The notes: generated by a model from the letters alone, not told the origin. A stretch of 64,000 nucleotides of DNA from Kiloniellales bacterium (GCA_050330055.1 JBHJOF010000282.1:8769-72768); one strand, 5' to 3'. Numbered from the stretch's first letter, positions 46,048 to 53,754 are shown. A program made the numbers and translations.

Positions 46048-47046
46048 ATGACCATTGAAACGAGCCTCCGCCGCGAGCTGGCGCATTTTCAGGCCCCGAT
46101 ACCGCGCAAGAGCCTGTCCCAGGTCGCGACCTCGTTCGGCGGCTTCTTCGCCACCTGTGTGGCGATGCATACCGTCATCGACCTGTCCTACTGGCTTGCG
46201 CTCGCGCTCACGCCGCTGGCCGCCGGCTTCCTGGTGCGGATCTTCATTATCCAGCATGACTGTGGACATTTCTCGTTCTTCCGCTCGCGCCGTGCAAACG
46301 ACGTCATCGGGTTCGCTTGCAGCCTTCTCACGCTGACGCCCTATGCGTCCTGGCGCCGGCAGCACGCGGGACATCACGGCGTTTGGAACGATCTCGACCG
46401 CCGGCAAAGCGGTGTGGATATCTATTCCTCCTGCCTGACCGTCGCTGAATACCGGGCCTTGAGCTTGGGGAGGCGATGGTGGTGCCGCTTGACGCGGCAT
46501 CCGCTCGTGACCAACATCCTGCTGCCTCCCCTGATCTTTACTTTGCTTTATCGCCTGCCGTTCGACATGCCGAAATCCTGGCGTTACGAGCGGCGCGTGG
46601 TGCACCTGACCAGCCTCGCGCTCGTCGCGACCCTGGCAAGCCTCGGCTTGCTGCTCGGCTACGATCGCGTGGCCGCCATCCAACTGCCGGTACTGGTGCT
46701 CGCGGCCGTCATCGGCGTCTGGCTGTTCTCGGTGCAGCACCGCGGCGAAGCGATACGGTGGTTCCGTCACGACGTATGGGACCCGCGCTCGGCGGCGCTG
46801 CAGGGCTCGACCTACCTGCGCCTGCCGGCGATCCTGCAATGGTTCACCGGCAATATTGGGTTTCATCACGTGCATCACCTGAATCCCCGCGTGCCGAACT
46901 ATCGGCTCCGGGAATGCCATGAGTTGATCGCGGCTCACTGCACCGTTCCGCAATTGTCTTTCCGCGACGGAGTGCGGGCCCTGCGCTTCGTCCTGTGGGA
47001 CGAGGCCCGCGGCCGAATGGTCACATTCCGCGAGGCCACGGCGTGA
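46048..47046 (+). CDS. Membrane fatty-acid desaturase family protein
   Basis: Three His boxes (HDCGH, HAGHHG, HHVHH) with intervening hydrophobic segments. ATG at 46048. Confidence 0.85.
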   Translation: MTIETSLRRELAHFQAPIPRKSLSQVATSFGGFFATCVAMHTVIDLSYWLALALTPLAAGFLVRIFIIQHDCGHFSFFRSRRANDVIGFACSLLTLTPYASWRRQHAGHHGVWNDLDRRQSGVDIYSSCLTVAEYRALSLGRRWWCRLTRHPLVTNILLPPLIFTLLYRLPFDMPKSWRYERRVVHLTSLALVATLASLGLLLGYDRVAAIQLPVLVLAAVIGVWLFSVQHRGEAIRWFRHDVWDPRSAALQGSTYLRLPAILQWFTGNIGFHHVHHLNPRVPNYRLRECHELIAAHCTVPQLSFRDGVRALRFVLWDEARGRMVTFREATA

Positions 47047-48113
47047 AGCTGTTCGAGTGCCAGTGCTGCGGCCAGCTGCTCTACTTCGAGAACACGCGGT
47101 GCGAGCGCTGCGGACACATTCTGGGATATCTGCCCGATCGAGTGACCCTGAGCGCGCTCACGCCCGCGGGCGGCGCGCGCTGGCGTCCCTTGGTCGCGCC
47201 CGATGAGCAATTCCGCTTCTGTGCCAATGCCGTCCACGACTCTTGCAACTGGCTGGTGCCGGCCGACGGCCCGGACGCATTCTGCCGCGCCTGCCGGCTC
47301 AACCGGACGATACCCAACCTCGACGCGCCCGCGAACCTCCTGCTCTGGCAGAGGCTGGAAGCCGCCAAGCACCGTCTCGTCTATGGACTGCTGCGCCTCG
47401 GCCTGCCCCTGGTCAGCAAGTTCGAGGACGCCGAAAGGGGGCTCGCCTTCGACTTCCTCGCCGACTCCGGGGCGACGTTCCAGGAAGGCCCGCAGGTCGT
47501 CACGGGTCATGCCCGGGGGCTGATCACCATCGACATCGCCGAGGCCGACGACGCCGAGCGGGAGCGCCATCGCCGCGACATGGCGGAGCCCTATCGCACT
47601 CTTCTTGGCCATTTCCGCCACGAGATCGGCCACCACTACTGGGAGCGGCTCGTGCGGGACGGATTGTGGCACGGGGCCTTCCGCGAGCTGTTCGGTGACG
47701 AGCGTCGCGACTACGGCAGCGCCCTGGAGGCCTACTACGCGAATGGCCCCCAGCCCGACTGGCGCGAGCTTTTCGTCAGCGGCTACGCCGGCGCTCATCC
47801 CTGGGAAGACTACGCCGAGACCTGGGCGCACTATCTGCACATCGTCGATACCCTGGAGACTGCGGACGCCTTCGGCCTGCGCATCCACCCAAAGGCCGGC
47901 CGCGATCCCGCGCTCGCCATGGAGATCGATTTCGATCCCTACCGGCAAGGCGACTTTGATGCGCTGATAGGTGTATGGCTACCGCTCACCTATGCAGTGA
48001 ACAGCCTGAACCACAGCATGGGCCAACCGGACCTCTATCCCTTCGTCCTGGCGCCGACGGTCATAGGGAAGCTACGCTTCGTCCACGGCCTCATCCACCG
48101 CAGTGGCGACTAG
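47043..48113 (+). CDS. Zinc-ribbon plus putative HExxH zinc-metallopeptidase-like protein (DUF2248/Peptidase_Mx type)
   Basis: N-terminal CQCCGQLLYFENTRCERCG zinc ribbon and an HEIGH motif in GHFRHEIGHHYW. The GTG start overlaps the desaturase stop (GTGA at 47043-47046). Confidence 0.7.
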   Translation: MKLFECQCCGQLLYFENTRCERCGHILGYLPDRVTLSALTPAGGARWRPLVAPDEQFRFCANAVHDSCNWLVPADGPDAFCRACRLNRTIPNLDAPANLLLWQRLEAAKHRLVYGLLRLGLPLVSKFEDAERGLAFDFLADSGATFQEGPQVVTGHARGLITIDIAEADDAERERHRRDMAEPYRTLLGHFRHEIGHHYWERLVRDGLWHGAFRELFGDERRDYGSALEAYYANGPQPDWRELFVSGYAGAHPWEDYAETWAHYLHIVDTLETADAFGLRIHPKAGRDPALAMEIDFDPYRQGDFDALIGVWLPLTYAVNSLNHSMGQPDLYPFVLAPTVIGKLRFVHGLIHRSGD

Positions 48114-48147
48114 GAGCAGGCCGCATGCCGTATGAATCGCCGGCCGG

Positions 48148-48393
48148 TCAAGCAAGGTCTGGATCGACGAACAGACTGTCCGGCGGATCGGCCTCGTTTG
48201 GCGCCAACCGGGAATCGTAGCGGTACCGTGTGACGCAGTAGGGGCAGAGGATCGCATCCTCAAGGCCCATGTTGAGATAGACGTGCGGATGATCGTGCGG
48301 CGGGGACACGCCGATGCAGTTGAATTCTCGCACGCCGATGCGAATCTCCGGGACCGCTCGGTCGTTTCGAAACTTCGGATAGTGGCTTGCCAT
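48148..48393 (-). CDS. zf-CHCC-type zinc-finger small protein
   Basis: 81 aa. EFNCIGVSPPHDHPHVYLNMG...ILCPYCVTRYRY matches the C..HP..(n)..CPYC pattern. A longer 150-aa form (start at 48600) cannot be excluded. Confidence 0.7.
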   Translation of the reverse strand: MASHYPKFRNDRAVPEIRIGVREFNCIGVSPPHDHPHVYLNMGLEDAILCPYCVTRYRYDSRLAPNEADPPDSLFVDPDLA

Positions 48394-48765
48394 CTTGGTC
48401 GCTGCGGAACGGCTCGACGAAGTCAGTTCCGACGCAGTGGCAGAGTCTTGGACGTCCCTTTCGGATACTGCCCAGCTGGCGGGCAGTGATCCGGCGCTTG
48501 CGGCGATAGCGACGCCGGCTCGAGGGTGGCGACGTAGAGCACTACCCTCCGTCTCCCAGGACTCGATCGCGTTCATGTCGAGCTGCGAATCGGCAGCCAA
48601 AGGGTGATCTGCGAAGCGGCGGGATGCGGCCCGATTTCGAACGCTGACTGAAGTTGCTATGCAATAGCTCCGAGTTCGGCAACTGACACTGACCTCGGCA
48701 AGGTTCGAAATCGGCGCCGTAGAACGCCCGGCGTCCAGCTGCCCTGAACGACCAGGGCCAGACGG

Positions 48766-49116
48766 CTAGAATTGGGTCGCCAGCTGCTCCATGCACGCGC
48801 TTGCAACCTGACGATTGGGATCGCTTGCACCCGGCATCGTCGCCCAGCCGGTTTCCATGAGCATGTCGCTGCGCTGGTAGTTGCTGGCGCCTTCCAACTG
48901 GGCAAGCTTCTGCGCGAGCTGCGGGTCCTGGCTCGACTGCTCGATGCAGATCGGTACCAAGGCGGAGACGACCTCGAGCCGCGCCTGTGCGGACGCCATT
49001 TGCTTGGCCGTACCGCCGGTCACCCATCCGCCCCACGAGAAGCCGACTATGGCGAGTGCGATGGCACCCACAACGGCACCATAGAGGGCAGGCTTTAGCC
49101 ATTCGGGGGTGTTCAT
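48766..49116 (-). CDS. Small membrane-anchored protein of unknown function
   Basis: 116 aa. One N-terminal TM segment (ALYGAVVGAIALAIVGFSWGGW). An AT-rich promoter island lies directly upstream. Confidence 0.6.
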   Translation of the reverse strand: MNTPEWLKPALYGAVVGAIALAIVGFSWGGWVTGGTAKQMASAQARLEVVSALVPICIEQSSQDPQLAQKLAQLEGASNYQRSDMLMETGWATMPGASDPNRQVASACMEQLATQF

Positions 49117-49163
49117 GTGCGTTTCCTCAATCTAGGGAGAAACCATCTCTCCCTTTAATAATT

Positions 49164-49200
49164 AGCAATATAGCAGAAAATAAACATATAGTATATTGCT
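49164..49200. promoter_or_regulatory. Perfect 9-bp inverted repeat (operator candidate) in an AT-rich island
   Basis: AGCAATATA (49164-49172) and TATATTGCT (49192-49200) are separated by 19 bp. They lie 48-84 bp upstream of the ATG at 49116. The surrounding 120 bp is about 32% GC by hand count. Confidence 0.3.
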
Positions 49201-49414
49201 TTCTCGGCCAAAATAATTATCTGTAGATTTTTTGGATAAGTTGTTGACAGCGGTGGCTTATTTAATGACGTACACGGAACGATTACATCAAAGTGCGGGC
49301 GGACTCCCTTGCCTGCACGCGCATCGGGCCCCGGCCATCAAGGCTGAGGCACCGATTTCATCGCTCCCACAATGGCTGCACCGTTCAGGCGGGTCTTGAG
49401 AACGGCCGGACTTT

Positions 49415-49678
49415 CTAGAAGTCTTCCGCAGCCAGGAGGTAGGCGTCCTTGTGGGCGCGCGTATAGACCTTGCGGGCGGCTTCATGGATGCGATCGCGAG
49501 CGGCATCGAAGGCCTCGAGAAAGCTCGCTTCCGCATTCCTAGTCTGCGGGTTCAGCTTGTAGAGCGCACCGACCTCGACGAAAAATGAAACCTCCAGCGC
49601 GCTGTCGTAGCCCCAAAAGTGGACAAGACATCTCCTAGCGTCGTAGCTCCGGCTCCCGTTCGGAAAACTGAGTGTCAT
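49415..49678 (-). CDS. DUF1488-like small protein
   Basis: 87 aa. MTLSFPNGSRSYDARRCLVHFWGYDSALEVSFFVEVGAL resembles the DUF1488 N-terminal signature as I recall it. Confidence 0.6.
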   Translation of the reverse strand: MTLSFPNGSRSYDARRCLVHFWGYDSALEVSFFVEVGALYKLNPQTRNAEASFLEAFDAARDRIHEAARKVYTRAHKDAYLLAAEDF

Positions 49679-49725
49679 GGTTGAAATTCCCAACTGCTTC
49701 CGCCTGGAGTGGGATTCGCTTACGG

Positions 49726-49902
49726 CTATCGCCCGAACCGCTTGTTGCCGACTTTCTTGGCCGGCTGCGACGCCTTCCGCGCTGTTGCGGCAGGTGGCTT
49801 GGCGCCGCATCGGGGACAGGCGACGACGGCCCTATTCAAGTCATAGTATTTGGTCGCGCACTCTGGACAGACATGCTTCGATCCGCGGTCTGCTATGTTC
49901 AT
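49726..49902 (-). CDS. TIGR02300 (FYDLN)-type zinc-ribbon protein, short form; not in the ORF track
   Basis: My hand translation gives MNIADRGSKHVCPECATKYYDLNRAVVACPRCGAKPPAATARKASQPAKKVGNKRFGR* (58 aa). It has the CPxC...YYDLNR...CPRCG signature. It is below the 60-aa track cut-off. Confidence 0.6.
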   Translation of the reverse strand: MNIADRGSKHVCPECATKYYDLNRAVVACPRCGAKPPAATARKASQPAKKVGNKRFGR

Positions 49903-49934
49903 ATCTTTGGATTCCTCGATGGCTGTGTTTAGCT

Positions 49935-50135
49935 CTATCGCCTGGCGGCCTTGGCAGGGTGGGCCCTAAGCGGCGTTCCGTTTCGCCATGTGGTCGACCG
50001 TTTGCAGCTCGGACAAATCCGCTCGCCGCACCACTGACTCGGAAACGTGGATTTGCACCTAAGACAAGGGCGCAGTTTAGGACCATCTCGGGGCGGCTGA
50101 GGATTCGGTCCATCTGTCGCTGGGGAGGTCCTCAT
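49935..50135 (-). CDS. Small Cys-rich zinc-ribbon-like protein
   Basis: 66 aa, MRTSPATDGPNPQPPRDGPKLRPCLRCKSTFPSQWCGERICPSCKRST... (CxxC-x13-CxxC). The ATG overlaps the stop of the upstream gene (ATGA at 50132-50135). Confidence 0.5.
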   Translation of the reverse strand: MRTSPATDGPNPQPPRDGPKLRPCLRCKSTFPSQWCGERICPSCKRSTTWRNGTPLRAHPAKAARR

Positions 50136-50443
50136 GAATCCTCCTCCCATCCGTCGCAAAGCCGGGTTAGATCGTCGAGCGCATGTGCGATAAGCCTCTT
50201 CCGGCGCGGATCCTGAGCTTCCGGTGTGGCGGCATAGAGCTCTATGAGATACTGCGCCTTGGCAGCGGCCTCTGGCCAGGTCTCGGCCGGCGCGGCAAGG
50301 AGAAGCTTCTCTAGCTCCTCCTGACGACGCCACAAATCCGCCTGTTGAGCCTGAAACTGTTGGAGGCGCTGGCGGCGGATCTCTGTCGCTTTCTGGGCGG
50401 CCATGCCGCGATGCTCGTCGAGATCGACCGGGTCGTCCGTCAT
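50132..50443 (-). CDS. Hypothetical helical, coiled-coil-like protein
   Basis: 103 aa, rich in Q/E/R/L heptad-like sequence (RRQRLQQFQAQQADLWRRQEELEKLLL). Translationally coupled to the downstream Cys-rich ORF. Confidence 0.5.
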   Translation of the reverse strand: MTDDPVDLDEHRGMAAQKATEIRRQRLQQFQAQQADLWRRQEELEKLLLAAPAETWPEAAAKAQYLIELYAATPEAQDPRRKRLIAHALDDLTRLCDGWEEDS

Positions 50444-50494
50444 GGTCTCATGCCTTCGGTTGGCATTGCCGAATCCGGCTCGACTCAGACCGCG

Positions 50495-50761
50495 TCAAGT
50501 GAGCCGCACCGCGGCTCCGAGCCTCGCGATCCGGCAAAGGGCGTTCTTGATGTTTTCGAGGCGGGTGGGTTGATGTCTCCGCGATGCCCGTTCGGCAACT
50601 CTCAGCAGGTCGCCTGTTAGGCGCTCGATTTCGCTCCGCCTAATCCAGGAAGCGTAAGGAACGGTATCGTTGAATGCCTTTAGGCTTGCGGCCGTGCGGC
50701 CGCGTAGCTCTTTCAAAGCTTGCCGAATCTCGCCATGTTCGGATTGATTCTTGCAGGTCAC
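50495..50761 (-). CDS. Hypothetical protein
   Basis: 88-aa ORF co-oriented with its neighbours. No motif recognised. Confidence 0.4.
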   Translation of the reverse strand: MTCKNQSEHGEIRQALKELRGRTAASLKAFNDTVPYASWIRRSEIERLTGDLLRVAERASRRHQPTRLENIKNALCRIARLGAAVRLT

Positions 50762-50814
50762 TTCGACACCTCATTGACTGCGATATGTGACGACCGTCCT
50801 AAACGCGTTCCCGT

Positions 50815-51063
50815 TCAGTTATCTTGGCCACTACTCTCCTTTTCCCATCTGCTCGCGAGCTCATCGATGATTTGCGCGACCGTTAGCGGTCGACCGCCTG
50901 CGCCGGCTTGCTCTTTGCCCCACAGTGCGAGCTTCTGGTAGGTGGCGGTCGGTAGCATTACGGTAGCTTGCCCCGCATCGCGCTGAGGCGGTGCGAGCCA
51001 GACCGTGCCGGCGACCATGGCGGCCAAAATGATCAGCACGGTTAGGGGCGGTGATAGGCGCAT
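50815..51063 (-). CDS. Hypothetical small membrane-anchored protein
   Basis: 82 aa. N-terminal TM segment (LTVLIILAAMVAGTVWL). Good SD (AAAGGAG) 7 nt upstream of the ATG. Confidence 0.5.
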   Translation of the reverse strand: MRLSPPLTVLIILAAMVAGTVWLAPPQRDAGQATVMLPTATYQKLALWGKEQAGAGGRPLTVAQIIDELASRWEKESSGQDN

Positions 51064-51183
51064 CCGGGACTCCTTTGAGGAAAGTGAAGCTGCAGATCTC
51101 GGCCGCGCGTCATCTTTCCCACTGCAGGTCTTTCAACCATCTTCGCGCCGGAGGGGCCGCGTGGCCGGACTCTGTCCAGCCTC

Positions 51184-51981
51184 CTAGGGCAGAGTGCAGC
51201 TATCCTCTTGTTTGTGGTAAGGCCGGTTACAGTCCCAGCCGTTTCCGGAATAGTCGAGGTGAGCGTTCTCCGGAACCTTTATGGGAGCGCAAGCTTCACT
51301 AACCGCTTGGTAGCCGCGGCTACATTTCCATCCAGGTCCATAGGAAGCGTCCACGAAATAGCCGTTCTCGGGCACCTGGACGGCCACGCAAGCCTCATCA
51401 ATTGACCGGTAGCCACGACTGCATTTCCATCCGGGGCCGTACGATGCCTCCACGACGTATCCGTTTGCGGGCACCAGGATGGCGACACAGCCATCCTTGA
51501 TTGCTCGATAGCCTCGATCGCACTCCCAGCCAGGCCCATATGGAGTTTCTGACAAGTAACCGTTTCTGGGTACATTGATGGCAATGCAGGCCTCGTCGAT
51601 CTGCCGATAGCCTCGAGCGCATTCCCACCTGTCGCCGGAGGACGTCAGATAGGCGTTGGAGGGCACTTCGACGACGGTGCAGGTCTCACCGCTATCCCGA
51701 TACCCGTGTCCGCACTCCCAACCGCGTCCGTAGGACGTGTTGGTCGCGTACGCATTTGCGGGCAGCAAGATCGCTGCGCAGGCTCCCTTGACCACTCGAT
51801 AGCCAGGATTGCACTCCCAGCCGCTCCCGAAACTCTTCGCGCGCGCATTCTCGGGCATCTCGGCCTCGGGCATCTCGGCGGAGCCGGCCTGGGCGCCAGC
51901 CACGCTGGAAGCAGCGACCAGAAGCGCCAGAAGAACAGGGGTGAGAACTGAAACAAGGCGCGGTCGTCGCATGCTGTTCAT
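51184..51981 (-). CDS. Secreted cysteine-rich tandem-repeat protein (about 7 copies of a 30-aa G-x-G-W-x-C-x-x-G-Y-R...C...V-P-x-N-x-Y unit)
   Basis: Signal peptide MNSMRRPRLVSVLTPVLLALLVAASSVAGAQA. Repeats include SYGRGWECGHGYRDSGETCTVVEVPSNAYLTSS, PYGPGWECDRGYRAIKDGCVAILVPANGYVVEA and SYGPGWKCSRGYRSIDEACVAVQVPENGYFVDA. Each unit has two Cys. Confidence 0.75.
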   Translation of the reverse strand: MNSMRRPRLVSVLTPVLLALLVAASSVAGAQAGSAEMPEAEMPENARAKSFGSGWECNPGYRVVKGACAAILLPANAYATNTSYGRGWECGHGYRDSGETCTVVEVPSNAYLTSSGDRWECARGYRQIDEACIAINVPRNGYLSETPYGPGWECDRGYRAIKDGCVAILVPANGYVVEASYGPGWKCSRGYRSIDEACVAVQVPENGYFVDASYGPGWKCSRGYQAVSEACAPIKVPENAHLDYSGNGWDCNRPYHKQEDSCTLP

Positions 51982-52189
51982 GAATGGCACCTTGTCGTGA
52001 CTGCCGAGCACCGCAGCGAGCTTGCTGGTCGAAACACCCACCAAGGCTAAGGGGTGGGTCTCAAAGGACGCCTCGCATCGTCAGTCAATGGCCCCCATCG
52101 CGCGTGCTGCTTTCGCGTTGGCGCAGTTTAGGGCTCTGTTTATGCGGTGGCCGCGTTCGCTGCGGTTATCCAGGTGACAACACTTCATC

Positions 52190-52357
52190 TCAATATCGAG
52201 AGCGACTTCGAGGCGGAGCCTTGTCGGACTGTGCGGCTGGCCGATCGATTGCCGGTATGTCCTCGGAGTCCTCCTCGGGCGTGTCCGGGCGCGGCGGGAA
52301 AGTATGGGATGCGTTGGATGCATAATCTCTCCGCCAGCCGAATTTTTTGTCGGCCAT
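52190..52357 (-). CDS. Possible 55-aa acidic/proline-rich small ORF
   Basis: MADKKFGWRRDYASNASHTFPPRPDTPEEDSEDIPAIDRPAAQSDKAPPRSRSRY. GAGG lies about 9 nt upstream of the ATG. It sits immediately downstream of the AT-rich island. Moderate GC3. Confidence 0.3.
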   Translation of the reverse strand: MADKKFGWRRDYASNASHTFPPRPDTPEEDSEDIPAIDRPAAQSDKAPPRSRSRY

Positions 52358-52608
52358 ATGAAATACCTCAGAGTTTTGCAGCAATGATTTGCTACTTATG
52401 AAAAAGATAAGCCTATATGGAGTATTTTTCAATGGCTTTTAAGGAATATTTTTTGAAGAGATCTTCGTAATACTAAAAGTTCTTTGTGCAGTACACAGTT
52501 ATATTTATTTTTATTTCTGCAGTACAGATTTGCAATGTGGAGTATGGCCCAAGAATTTGCGCGCATCAGTGCTCCAACGCAGCGCTATGAGCCTAAGGTG
52601 ATAGCCCG

Positions 52609-52938
52609 TCAGTCGGCCGGCCGCTTGCGCCGCCGGCCATCGCGCTTCGGGCGGACGTGGCGGCGCAGGCGGTCTTCCGGATAGCTGGCCGCCTCGCGCA
52701 GCATCTCGATGACGCGGCCGGCCGCGCCCTGCGGCAGCGGGCCCTCCGCCAGGCCATGGGCGGCCAGCAGGCGCTGCGCCGCCGCCGCCGGGTCGCGGCC
52801 CTCGCCGAGCCTGAGCGTCCAGGTCAGGATGATGTCCTCGGCCGGTCCGGCGAAATCGGCGCCGGCGGCGATCACGTCGTGGATCAGCCCGCCCGGATCG
52901 TCCTCGGAGTGGTGCGGCGAGACGTACTTGATGGCCAT
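52609..52938 (-). CDS. Hypothetical protein (109 aa)
   Basis: High-GC3 ORF, MAIKYVSPHHSEDDPGGLIHDVIAAGADF..., 68 nt downstream of the co-oriented methyltransferase gene. Confidence 0.55.
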   Translation of the reverse strand: MAIKYVSPHHSEDDPGGLIHDVIAAGADFAGPAEDIILTWTLRLGEGRDPAAAAQRLLAAHGLAEGPLPQGAAGRVIEMLREAASYPEDRLRRHVRPKRDGRRRKRPAD

Positions 52939-53006
52939 GACTGTTGCTTCGCGCTTTGGTGCGTCTCAATCGTTTCGGCCGCATCTGGCACGCCGCTCAA
53001 GTGACG

Positions 53007-53708
53007 TCAAGCGACAGCGGTGCGCCGCAGCAGGTTGAGCCGGCTCGGCTGGTCGAACCAGTAGGCACCGTCGCGCTTCTCGGCGGCCGCCTCGAAGCCT
53101 TGCGCCAGCGCCTCGCCCGCGGCCTCGAAGGCGGCGCGGCGCTCCGGGTCGACCGCCAGGGAGTCGGCCACGCAGTCGGCGAAGCTCTTGTGCTTGAAGG
53201 GCGCCGCGTAGCGTTCCTCGACGATCTCCTCGAAGGCCTCGCCCGCGGCGGCCGCTCGCAGCGCGTCGTAGGCGCGGGCGCGCACCTGCGTCTCGTCGTC
53301 GACCGGGCGCATCAGCTCGAAGTAGGTGCCTTCTGCCAGCGGCTCCATCACATAGAGCAGGCCGTCCGGCTTCAGCACGCGGGCCGCCTCGGCCAGCGCC
53401 ACCTCCTGCGCCTCCACCGGCACGTGGTGCAGGCTGTTGAAGAAGACCACCAGGTCGAGTGTGGCGTCTTCCAGGGGCAGGTCCTTGCCGACGCCCTCGA
53501 TGTAGCGCTCGCCGGCGGCCGGCTCCGCCGCATGGGCGCGGGCAAGTTGCGCCGGCGAGCACTCGATGCCGACCACCGTCGCCCCCTCGCGGGTCATGAA
53601 GCGCACCAGCGCGCCGTCGCCGCAGCCGACGTCGGCCACCCGCATACCCGACAGGCTCAGGTAGGCGCGCATGACGTCGCTGTGCTTGCGGTGCGGATAG
53701 GAGTTCAT
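53007..53708 (-). CDS. Class I SAM-dependent methyltransferase
   Basis: Motif I VADVGCGDGAL, post-I VVGIE, and LDLVVFFNSLHH (Methyltransf_11-like). Confidence 0.88.
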   Translation of the reverse strand: MNSYPHRKHSDVMRAYLSLSGMRVADVGCGDGALVRFMTREGATVVGIECSPAQLARAHAAEPAAGERYIEGVGKDLPLEDATLDLVVFFNSLHHVPVEAQEVALAEAARVLKPDGLLYVMEPLAEGTYFELMRPVDDETQVRARAYDALRAAAAGEAFEEIVEERYAAPFKHKSFADCVADSLAVDPERRAAFEAAGEALAQGFEAAAEKRDGAYWFDQPSRLNLLRRTAVA

Positions 53709-53754
53709 GGCGGTCGCAGTGTGGTCGGCATCGGTACCGCAGGCAAGGTTTCCT

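Noticed and set aside
48408-48430. GGAAC...CGTT motif on the minus strand upstream of the zf-CHCC gene
   Set aside because: The spacer is 14 nt, not 16-17, and the CGTT lies only 14 nt from the ATG. ECF promoters are spacer-strict, so this is probably chance.
48394-48600. Longer 150-aa form of the zf-CHCC ORF
   Set aside because: The added 69 aa are Ser/Ala-rich with only moderate GC3, and zf-CHCC proteins are usually about 60-90 aa. It is not excluded, only considered less likely.
52081-52323. 80-aa minus-strand ORF and several plus-strand ORFs (51984..52325, 52147..52401) between the Cys-repeat gene and the AT-rich island
   Set aside because: No SD, no motifs, mutually overlapping, and poor GC3. 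They are probably non-coding leader or intergenic sequence.
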